Positions 33,617-41,556 of a stretch of DNA of 48,084 bases are shown piece by piece. Each line of letters starts with the position of its first letter. Within the stretch, counting starts at the first letter, position 1. The DNA is from Elusimicrobiota bacterium (lineage in GTDB: Bacteria > Elusimicrobiota > Elusimicrobia > JACQPE01). The notes below the pieces were generated by a model. The model searched no databases. It saw only the letters and a program-made list of their open reading frames with translations, and was not told where the DNA came from. Position numbers and translations under genes: made by a program. The stretch covers positions 1 to 48,084 of the forward strand of contig JACQPE010000068.1 in the NCBI GenBank assembly GCA_016207685.1, read 5' to 3'.

Positions 33617-36094
33617 TTAACCATCAATGTCAACAAGCGACGCCTTTTGGGATTTTTCCAGCGGGTCTTCAGTGCCGTCGCCGCGTAAATCAAGGCCAAG
33701 CCAACGGTGCAGCCAATCATCCATGGCGCGGCCGATTCGTGAAATCACGCCGGCCTTCGCCTTGCGTTCCTCAAGGCGCGTCATCAACAAATCAAGTTCC
33801 GCGTCCGAATTAATCACGTTGCCCGTTTTGGGGTTGACGATGCCGAAACGCGTGACGCGATAGACGCTTTCCTTGCGCACGCTGCGCGAGGCGGTCTCAT
33901 CGCTCGCCACCCATAAGGCGATTTCAGAGGCCAGGCTGCCCACGGGCAACCCCAGTTCCAGTCGTGAACTCACCAGGTCATACAGGCGGTCCAAATCAAC
34001 CATGCCTGCGCCTTGGACCGGCGTCGGATAGGGCTGGTTGCCGTCTTTAAGATCACGAGACGTTTCCATCTGCGCCGCTTTGACCTCCAAAAAAGAATTC
34101 TTGGATAGCGCATCGTGCGCCTCCAAATAGTCATAAACCAATAGTGTGGCTCCGGTCACGTGCGGCGTCGCCATTGACGTTCCTGACAGACGCGTATAAT
34201 ACGGCCGACCGTCAACCGCCACATCGCAGGAATCCAGCGGAGCATCGTTGCTGCGGGCCGCAATGATGCCCGGGCCATAAACACAGCGTTCCTGGGCTTC
34301 CAAAAGAATCGAGGCATTGTTTCCGGTAATACCGTCAAACCCGCGGACAATACGCTGCCATAAACCCAAATTCACGCCGCCGCCGGGAGCGCTGATATCC
34401 GGCTTGGAGTATTTGGCGCGGCGTTTATTGGGCGTTTCGTAGCCGGCTTCATGGCCGCGGGAGGAATAATCCGTGACCCGCCCTTCTTTGTCCGTGGCTG
34501 CCACGGTGAGAACATCGCGCGCCATTCCGGGGCTGCCCACGGTGCCATTGGCGGGGCCGGCATTGCCTGCCGCCACAATCACGGCGTGTCCCTGATGCGC
34601 CAGCACATTGACCGCGCGCGCCAACACGTCATTGGGATCGCCGCCGCCGCCGAGGCTCAAATTCACCACGACAGGCCGGCCCTGGGCCTGGGTCACTCCC
34701 CAGTCTAACCCGGCCAAGATCGAGTCTTCGCCGGCATAGGGGTCTTTGCCAAAAACTTTCGCCACCAGCACCTCACCGGCGCCGCTGGCAACCCCTTCAT
34801 ATTTTCCCGATGAAGCGGCGCCGGTGCCGAGCGCCGTTGATGCCACGTGCGTGCCATGACCTACATAGTCTTTGTTATCCTGATCTTCGGTAAAATCGCG
34901 CTGCGTTATATGTTTGCCTTGGAAATCAGGATGGCCGGCATCAAGTCCTGAATCAACGATCACGGCTATAGCGCGCCGGCCATGATATCCTGACTGATAA
35001 AATTTATCCGGCCTAATGAGCGGCACGCTGCCCGCCAGAGATGGCGCTATGTCCTTGGATTGGGATCCTCCAATCAGGGCTTGATCCGGCGATATCTCGA
35101 TGGGGGGCATGGATGTTTCTTGGTTCCGGCCCCCAATGGGAGCCCCGAAACGTGAAAGCCAAGCCCGCGTGGCGTTCCAACCGGGTTTCATTAGCGCTAG
35201 TGTATTGGCGGATTGTCCAGCCGCCATCAACAATGGGACATTCGGTCCGGGAGGGGCCGGCGGCAAGGCAGGCGACGGAGCCGCGGTCATTTGATACCTG
35301 CTGACAGGCCGGGCATTGATCCCTTCGCTCTGCAGGCTGATGGCCAGCGCGCGCACCCGGCTTTGGGGAACCTCAAGGACGACAAGGTTGAAAACAGCTA
35401 ATTCATGAACCACGCGCGCTTGATGCGCTTTTAGGATATCGGCATTTAAGCCTGCCGCCTCAATAGCCGTCAACGCCTCCGTGGACGAGGGGTCGAGCCG
35501 ATGCACATCATATCGGGATTGACGAAGCAGGATTTTGGGACTGACAATAATTCGTTGGGTTTCGTTGCCGCTATCCAGATTTTCATCCGTTGGATCACCG
35601 AGCGGCATGACCGGCGCCGGGAACCCGCCCCAGTCATAGCCGCTCACCAGCGGCAATTGCGGCGCGACCAAAGAAAATGCCCGGGCGCCTTGACTCCATA
35701 AGGCATCATTCGTCATCGGGTCGGCGCCGGCTAAGATTGATGATTTGGAGCGCCGACTGATGTCGCCAAGAGCTCTTGAGGGAAGCTCTTGGTCCGAGGG
35801 ATAGCTGTTCGGATCATCTAATGAGGCTTGGATCAGTTCTTTGAGCAGGCGTCGCCCTGTAACCGTTAAGCGGCCGTTATCATCAAACGCGCCCAAAAAA
35901 ATCTTTTTTTCTGCAGCGCTCCAAGAGGCGGCGTCTTCAATTTTTAGAACACCGGCCATCCGCAATAATCGAAGCGCTTCGGTATCCCGGGTGGCTAAAA
36001 TCGTTCGGAAATCGGGAGTTGCCTGGCCCGCGCCCAAAGGCAACAGCGCCACCAAGACCGCCGCCGCGATCGCGCGTGCAGGATTTTTTATCAT
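33617..36094 (-). CDS. Secreted subtilisin-like serine protease, family S8 (825 aa)
   Basis: Catalytic triad blocks VIVDSGLDAGHPDF (Asp), HGTHVASTALG (His) and SGTSMATPHVTG (Ser). An I9-like propeptide segment is present. ATG 36094 has an AAGGAG SD 9 nt upstream and gives the signal peptide MIKNPARAIAAAVLVALLPLGAGQA. The ORF-track start at 36295 would overlap the upstream gene by 170 nt. Confidence 0.9.
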   Translation of the reverse strand: MIKNPARAIAAAVLVALLPLGAGQATPDFRTILATRDTEALRLLRMAGVLKIEDAASWSAAEKKIFLGAFDDNGRLTVTGRRLLKELIQASLDDPNSYPSDQELPSRALGDISRRSKSSILAGADPMTNDALWSQGARAFSLVAPQLPLVSGYDWGGFPAPVMPLGDPTDENLDSGNETQRIIVSPKILLRQSRYDVHRLDPSSTEALTAIEAAGLNADILKAHQARVVHELAVFNLVVLEVPQSRVRALAISLQSEGINARPVSRYQMTAAPSPALPPAPPGPNVPLLMAAGQSANTLALMKPGWNATRAWLSRFGAPIGGRNQETSMPPIEISPDQALIGGSQSKDIAPSLAGSVPLIRPDKFYQSGYHGRRAIAVIVDSGLDAGHPDFQGKHITQRDFTEDQDNKDYVGHGTHVASTALGTGAASSGKYEGVASGAGEVLVAKVFGKDPYAGEDSILAGLDWGVTQAQGRPVVVNLSLGGGGDPNDVLARAVNVLAHQGHAVIVAAGNAGPANGTVGSPGMARDVLTVAATDKEGRVTDYSSRGHEAGYETPNKRRAKYSKPDISAPGGGVNLGLWQRIVRGFDGITGNNASILLEAQERCVYGPGIIAARSNDAPLDSCDVAVDGRPYYTRLSGTSMATPHVTGATLLVYDYLEAHDALSKNSFLEVKAAQMETSRDLKDGNQPYPTPVQGAGMVDLDRLYDLVSSRLELGLPVGSLASEIALWVASDETASRSVRKESVYRVTRFGIVNPKTGNVINSDAELDLLMTRLEERKAKAGVISRIGRAMDDWLHRWLGLDLRGDGTEDPLEKSQKASLVDIDG

Positions 36095-36125
36095 TTGATT
36101 TTTCTCCTTTTTGATGACCGTTTCC

Positions 36126-39100
36126 TCATTTGACAACAGCGATTTTCTGCGTGCTATTAACTCCCGGGCCTTCAAGATGGGCAAGATAAATTCCGCTGGC
36201 AACGACTTGCCCCAAGTCGTTGCGGCCGTCCCAATCAATGGAAGCGCTGCCCAAATCTTCGCTGGCATCTTTAAGAACGCGAACCAAATCGCCATTAGTG
36301 GTATAGATCACGATCCTGTAACTGCCCGAGCTGCTGCCGGAGTAACGCAGCGTCGCTTTCTGGCCGCTCGTGGGATCAAAAACATTGTTATAGACGGCCA
36401 ATGCCGGCGTATCGGTAAAGAGCTTAATTTCATTGGAAAACCCGATGGAATAGACCTCGCCCAGGGCATTGCGCACGAAAATTTCCAAATAGATGGAACC
36501 CGCGCCCGGATAACGGCTGAAAAAATTAGCCGGCAAAGAAACAGTGGCGGCCAAGCTCCCCGGCAGCACGCTCGTGGTAGTCACGACCAAAGCGGCGCCT
36601 GAAGCGGCCGCTAAACGCGAGAGATTGTGATCCAAGACATCAACGTGGTCTAGGGTCGCTTCCGTGGATTGTTCCACCTCGAAACCTGTCAGATTGGTGG
36701 CGGTGAATTTAATATTCCCCCGATCCGCCATTGACGCGGCGACACGCGAACCGGTGACGGCGCCCACGGGCGTGTTAAAGCTGGCCGTCAGTTCATATTG
36801 CCCCGATGACGAGGCCGTGCGGTCATTGCTGCCCTCCAAGAGCGGCGCTGAAACCGCGAGATACAAGAGTTCGGGTTGGGACAAGGTCAGCGTGACTTTG
36901 GCATTTTGGCTGGTGACCTCTGAAAAAACGCCGCCGTCGCTTTGCGGCACGTCATAAACGGTGACCGGCATGGCTTCGTCGTTGACAAGGGTTCGATCGA
37001 TGTCGAAGACTTGAAAGCCGTAAGCAAAATAAAGATTGGATGAGGTGTCTAGGGGCCTTTTCAACGTGATGGACACGGTCCCGGCCCCGGCGCTAAAACG
37101 ATAATAATCCAAGTCGCCTGAAGGATAAATCGTCGCTTTCGCCGTTGGCGTGGCCACGGAGAGGCTTGTGGCCGTGGCGAAACCATCATTGGATTCCAGA
37201 GAGTCGGAACCGGCCGCAGCCCAAGAGCCGATGCCGTGCTTGTTAAAGACCGAATTGATCGTGGTGTCAAAACGGCCGGCGCTCGTCGTGATCATCGCTT
37301 CGTAAAATGATTCAAAGCTATCGGGAAAATAAAATAGGGCGTCACGCACGAGGGATTTGGTTTGGGCCGAACCCAAAGAGGCCCGCAAATCCCAAAGGGC
37401 GCCCGAGAGAATCAGGCTATCCTCATGAATTTCTCCGGTCCAATGCGTTGGGTAGATTTTTTTGGACGTTTGATTGAGCTCGCGAACCGTTTCCAAGCCC
37501 AAGTCAGTCCGATCGGGAAACGCGTAGTCGCCAAAAGTGGTCTTCGCGTAAGAGGGATAGTAGGCGTTAAAAGCGTCGAGCGCAAAAAAATCCGCCAACG
37601 CCTCGGACATGGCGCCGTCATGGCCGAAATTGGCGATATTGTAAATATGGTCCACCGCAAAATGGGTGTACTCATGGTAAATTACATCCGTGGCATCGGC
37701 GATGTTGCGATTGTAGTTGATGTCGTTGCCCTTGCCGAAATAAAGCCCGTCGGACTCCGGATCAAAAAAGGCGTTTAGGAGATCATCCCCGAAGTTAATC
37801 TGCGCCACCGCGGGCCGCGTGGAGAGGACTTGGTCATAACGCCTACTGCCGGCGACGAAATAGGCATGAATTTCATCAAGATGCTTAAGCGCATTGGTGA
37901 GGGTCACGTTAACTTTGCCATTGGAGTCCACCCGCCAAAGAGCCATGTCGCTATTGTTGCCGTTGCTGCTGTTGCCCGCGCCTAAAATACGATCCAGGCT
38001 GTCAAGGCGCACCGCCCTGATGACATCCGAGCCGGAAGTGCCGGCTGCGCCATCGTGGATAAAAATGCCGCTTGAACCAAAGCTTGTGTCCAGAGAGCCG
38101 CTTGTATTAATCCGCAAGAGCAATGCGTCATTGGTGACCCCGTCGTTTGAATATCCGCCGATGATTAAACGCAATTGGGAGTCAAGAGTCAGGCCGTTGG
38201 CCTCGTCATCGTAACCCCCGCCGGAACGGTCATAGGTCATATAGCCGCTTCCATTAAATGACGTATCCAGAGACAAATCGGAATTTAATTTCCAGACAGC
38301 CGCATCTTGTCCCGTAGAAGACCCGGCGCTTTTTCCGGCCACATAAATTTTTCCGTAAGAATCCACGGCTGCGGCGGCGCCCTCATCCGCGCCGTTTCCT
38401 CCGGCCGCGCTGTTGTGCGACGTTATACGGATCAACGATGATGAATCGGCCGTGTTGCTGGAATTGGCGAGCATCCAAGCCGCCATATCGGAAGTGGCGC
38501 CGGTCGTCATGAAACCCGCGATGACAATGCGGCCGCTAGGATCCACGGCCACCGCATTACCCTGGTCGGCCCCGGCGGCATTCGTAGAAACATAAACCCC
38601 ATCGCCATCAAATGCCTTGTCCAGTCCCGCGTTGTTGCCGGTTGGGCTCCATAAGTCGGAAGCGCTGCTGATTCGCGCTGCAAACATGTCTCGATTGGTC
38701 CCTGTTTGATATCCTGTTATGATGACCCGTTCCAGAGAGTCAAGAGCGACGCCGTAAGCGCGGTCGCCTTCATTGCCGCCGGCGCTGTCGTAGACGAACG
38801 TGGCGACGGCGCTGTCGCCGCTTGGGCTTAATTTCCAAACAACCGCGTTGTTATCCGTGCCGCCGTCATTGGCGTAACCAGCCACAATAATCCGGCCTTG
38901 TGAATCAATCGTGATTGCCTGGCCGCGGTCGTTATTGGTCGTATTATAAGTGGAGACATAAATTCCATCGCCGCCGCCAAAAGTCATATCCAAGGACCCG
39001 TCGCTGTTAAAACGCCAGACTACCATGTCCTCGTCGCCCGATACGGAATCGCTATAACCGGCAACCAGAAGGCGTCCCGAAGAGTCTAGGGCCATGGCCG

Positions 39101-40670
39101 TGGCAACATCGGCATTGGCCGCGGCGGAATTCATGGCCGCGGCGCTGGAATGGCTCAAAATTCCATCGGACTCAAAAAAGCGCACATCCGGTAGCACTTC
39201 GTTGCGCGCGTTGAAGGTGCTTTGAACCAAGCAATAAATTTGGCTCGCGCGAAAACCGCCTTCGGAACCCGCGCCGTCCGTGTCATTGGACACCAGGCGG
39301 ACATCGAGCGCGGTTCCCGATGCGGCGATCGTCTGGAAGGCGCCCACATTGTCGCCTGTGTAAAGGCCCAGGCGCCGCGACGTCTCCGGCTGCAAAAGCT
39401 CGACATAATCCAAGTCATCATCGCTGGCGGAGCCTTCGCTTGAATCGCTGTTGAAATAACCCACATCGAAATTGCTGAAACGCACGCTGGTGAGCGCGGT
39501 TCCCGAAGGACAGGTGAATTTTTGCAGTTCGCGCGCATTGGCTCCATAGGGCGACGTGCTGGCTGAAGAAACATTTACCGTGGTCCAATTGGCGCCGCCC
39601 TCGGAATAAAAAATCATCCCTCCATCGCCATCCGTCACCACGGCGTAGGTGGTGCGCAAGGTGGCGAACATCGTGCGATTGGGACTGTAGACGGAGCCGG
39701 CATAGGCGAAGTCGCCCACGGAATCCGTCACCACGGTCTCCATGGCGCCATCGGTCGCGTTTCTCTGAAAAATTTCCAAGCCGCGCAAGGGAGATAGAAT
39801 TCCAATTCCCCCCTCGGAAGGGTCGCGCTGGTAATGGCGCACGCGCGCGCCGACGGACCTTAACTCATTGACCGCGCCGATATATTCTCCGGAGTGAGCA
39901 TCCACATAGGCGCTCCACAATCCAAAAGGCTGATGGCTGCGAAAATGAAATTTCCAACATAAGCGCGCTTTGCCGGAACTTCCGATGTTAAGTTCTTCTT
40001 CAAAACGGCGCGGCACGTAGACGAGTTCCCCGGATGGTTTCGCCCGCAAGGCGCCGTCGGTCCAATGTTGGCGCAGAATAGAAAAAGCCTCGCCGGAACC
40101 GATTTTAGGACTGGGACTCACGCCGACAACCCCGCTTTCCAAATTTGAGAAAGCGGCAAAGATTTCGTTGGTCTTCGTCACATGGACGCTGACGCGGGAA
40201 TACTCCACGGGGATTCCTTGATAACGCTGCTTGAACAGCATATTGCGCTCAGTGCCGCCGTCATGATCGCGCTCAAGCTCAAAGCTGAAGCGGTTTTTGA
40301 AATACTCCTGGGCTCCCGCGCCGAAGGCTTGAGGCGCCGACGTTTTTGCGTCATCCGGCGGGTTGAGGAAAAGCGGCCTGTTCTGCCAGATAAAATCAAC
40401 CGCCACATCCCGAGGATCGCGGCCTGGCTTGGGTTCACTCTTAAATCGCGTGGCGCTTTGGAGCTCTTGAGTCTTTTCATTCAAATGAAACCGCGCTCCG
40501 GCGGGGTCGCGCCATTCGTTTTTGAGGCGGCTGATCTCGCTTAAGGCTTGCCGAGATCGATCATCCGAAGCGGCCGGCAAGCGCGCGGGACACAGAACAA
40601 CGCCAAGCGCCATGACCGCCAACAAAGGCTTGATTTGGCGGCAGCGTAATTCGCTCAAGTTAAACACCAC
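36126..40670 (-). CDS. Giant secreted multidomain thermolysin-like (M4-type) metalloprotease (1514 aa)
   Basis: Domain layout by residue:
- Signal peptide (PLLAVMALGVVL).
- FTP/PepSY-like propeptide region.
- Start of an M4-like N-lobe.
- CUB-like domain, residues ~387-480.
- About 7 delta-60-type repeats, residues ~520-920 (SLDMTFGGGDGIYV, LDKAFDGDGVYV, SLDTSFNGSGYM, SLDTSFGSSGIFI; VAGY/IAGF strands).
- HEYTH at 37662-37676, plus GAMSEALAD (third zinc ligand Glu) and GEIHEDS.
- PPC pre-peptidase domain (ESNDGFATAT...GDLDYYRF).
- C-terminal FlgD-Ig/T9SS-type domain (NNVFDPTSGQKATLRY...IVIYTTNGDLVRVL...WDGRNDLGQVVASGIYLAHL).

GTG start. Confidence 0.85.
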   Translation of the reverse strand: MVFNLSELRCRQIKPLLAVMALGVVLCPARLPAASDDRSRQALSEISRLKNEWRDPAGARFHLNEKTQELQSATRFKSEPKPGRDPRDVAVDFIWQNRPLFLNPPDDAKTSAPQAFGAGAQEYFKNRFSFELERDHDGGTERNMLFKQRYQGIPVEYSRVSVHVTKTNEIFAAFSNLESGVVGVSPSPKIGSGEAFSILRQHWTDGALRAKPSGELVYVPRRFEEELNIGSSGKARLCWKFHFRSHQPFGLWSAYVDAHSGEYIGAVNELRSVGARVRHYQRDPSEGGIGILSPLRGLEIFQRNATDGAMETVVTDSVGDFAYAGSVYSPNRTMFATLRTTYAVVTDGDGGMIFYSEGGANWTTVNVSSASTSPYGANARELQKFTCPSGTALTSVRFSNFDVGYFNSDSSEGSASDDDLDYVELLQPETSRRLGLYTGDNVGAFQTIAASGTALDVRLVSNDTDGAGSEGGFRASQIYCLVQSTFNARNEVLPDVRFFESDGILSHSSAAAMNSAAANADVATAMALDSSGRLLVAGYSDSVSGDEDMVVWRFNSDGSLDMTFGGGDGIYVSTYNTTNNDRGQAITIDSQGRIIVAGYANDGGTDNNAVVWKLSPSGDSAVATFVYDSAGGNEGDRAYGVALDSLERVIITGYQTGTNRDMFAARISSASDLWSPTGNNAGLDKAFDGDGVYVSTNAAGADQGNAVAVDPSGRIVIAGFMTTGATSDMAAWMLANSSNTADSSSLIRITSHNSAAGGNGADEGAAAAVDSYGKIYVAGKSAGSSTGQDAAVWKLNSDLSLDTSFNGSGYMTYDRSGGGYDDEANGLTLDSQLRLIIGGYSNDGVTNDALLLRINTSGSLDTSFGSSGIFIHDGAAGTSGSDVIRAVRLDSLDRILGAGNSSNGNNSDMALWRVDSNGKVNVTLTNALKHLDEIHAYFVAGSRRYDQVLSTRPAVAQINFGDDLLNAFFDPESDGLYFGKGNDINYNRNIADATDVIYHEYTHFAVDHIYNIANFGHDGAMSEALADFFALDAFNAYYPSYAKTTFGDYAFPDRTDLGLETVRELNQTSKKIYPTHWTGEIHEDSLILSGALWDLRASLGSAQTKSLVRDALFYFPDSFESFYEAMITTSAGRFDTTINSVFNKHGIGSWAAAGSDSLESNDGFATATSLSVATPTAKATIYPSGDLDYYRFSAGAGTVSITLKRPLDTSSNLYFAYGFQVFDIDRTLVNDEAMPVTVYDVPQSDGGVFSEVTSQNAKVTLTLSQPELLYLAVSAPLLEGSNDRTASSSGQYELTASFNTPVGAVTGSRVAASMADRGNIKFTATNLTGFEVEQSTEATLDHVDVLDHNLSRLAAASGAALVVTTTSVLPGSLAATVSLPANFFSRYPGAGSIYLEIFVRNALGEVYSIGFSNEIKLFTDTPALAVYNNVFDPTSGQKATLRYSGSSSGSYRIVIYTTNGDLVRVLKDASEDLGSASIDWDGRNDLGQVVASGIYLAHLEGPGVNSTQKIAVVK

Positions 40671-40738
40671 TCCCGGTCCCGCTCCGATTTATACAAAAAA
40701 AGACCCGCTTGTGCCTGGGACTAAAGGGAAACTCCTAC

Positions 40739-40767
40739 TTGAATTTTTTTCAAAGGTCAATTAAAGT
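40739..40767 (+). promoter_or_regulatory. Candidate promoter of the Crp/Fnr-family gene with embedded TTGAA-N5-TTCAA palindrome
   Basis: TTGAAT (40739-44), a 17-nt spacer, then TAAAGT (40762-67). The -10 ends 6 nt before GTG 40774 and 9 nt before ATG 40777, giving a near-leaderless transcript. The TTGAAtttttTTCAA palindrome at 40739-40753 overlaps the -35. Confidence 0.3.
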
Positions 40768-40773
40768 AGGGGC

Positions 40774-41478
40774 GTGATGAACTCATCCGCCGTTGCCGCG
40801 TTAAGAAAAATTTCACTTTTTTCAGGGCTCGTTCCGAGCGACTTAAGGCGCATTGCCGCGCTGGCGCGTCTCCACCAGGCGCCCCGCGAGAGCATGATTT
40901 TTGAAAAAAAGACCGCAGGCAACCACCTTTTCATCGTTTTAAAAGGCCGCATTAAAATTTATTCGGAACTCCCCCATGGCCACCGTAAAAAAACATTCGC
41001 GTATTTAGAAGCGGGAGATTTTTTTGGCGAAATTAGTCTCCTGGACCAACAGGGCCGATCGCTCTCGGCCTGCGCTCTTGTGGATTCGGAACTCCTAACG
41101 ATCGGCCGGAAGGATTTTCAAAATCTCATTGATCGCCAGCCTCGATTTGCCTTAAATGTGCTCAAGACCGTGGTCTATCGGCTGCGCAAAACAAATGAAG
41201 AAATTGAATCGCTGACGTTTCGGTCCCTTTACGGGCGCATCTGCAGAAAAATTGTTGAAATTTCCGGCAAATACGCCAAAAACGGCCATAAAACCAACGG
41301 CCTCATTCCCATTCAAATCACGCATAATGAGCTTGCCGATTTGACGGGAACCGCCAGGGAAATGGTCACCAAAGTCCTCTCGTCGCTACGCCGGCTGCGC
41401 GTGATTGAATATGAGGACCGTCATATCCGTATTCTCAACACCGACAAGTTACGCGAACTCGCCCAAACGGACCTATAA
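40774..41478 (+). CDS. Crp/Fnr-family transcriptional regulator (cNMP-binding + HTH)
   Basis: cNMP-binding block GDFFGEISLLDQQGRSLSACA. C-terminal HTH ITHNELADLTGTAREMVTKVLSSL. 234 aa. No N-terminal Cys cluster, so not an Fnr-type O2 sensor. Confidence 0.85.
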   Translation: MMNSSAVAALRKISLFSGLVPSDLRRIAALARLHQAPRESMIFEKKTAGNHLFIVLKGRIKIYSELPHGHRKKTFAYLEAGDFFGEISLLDQQGRSLSACALVDSELLTIGRKDFQNLIDRQPRFALNVLKTVVYRLRKTNEEIESLTFRSLYGRICRKIVEISGKYAKNGHKTNGLIPIQITHNELADLTGTAREMVTKVLSSLRRLRVIEYEDRHIRILNTDKLRELAQTDL

Positions 41479-41485
41479 TAAATAG

Positions 41486-41502
41486 TTATAGGGTTATAGA
41501 GT
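41486..41502 (+). repeat. 17-nt word TTATAGGGTTATAGAGT (copy 2), within an AGTTATAG GGTTATAG AGTTTAAG octamer stutter
   Basis: Exact reverse-complement match to 6250-6266. Begins 8 nt after the Crp-like stop codon. Confidence 0.5.
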
Positions 41503-41556
41503 TTAAGCGTTAATTTAATAACACAGTAAATCCTGTAATTTTAACTGTATTTATCA

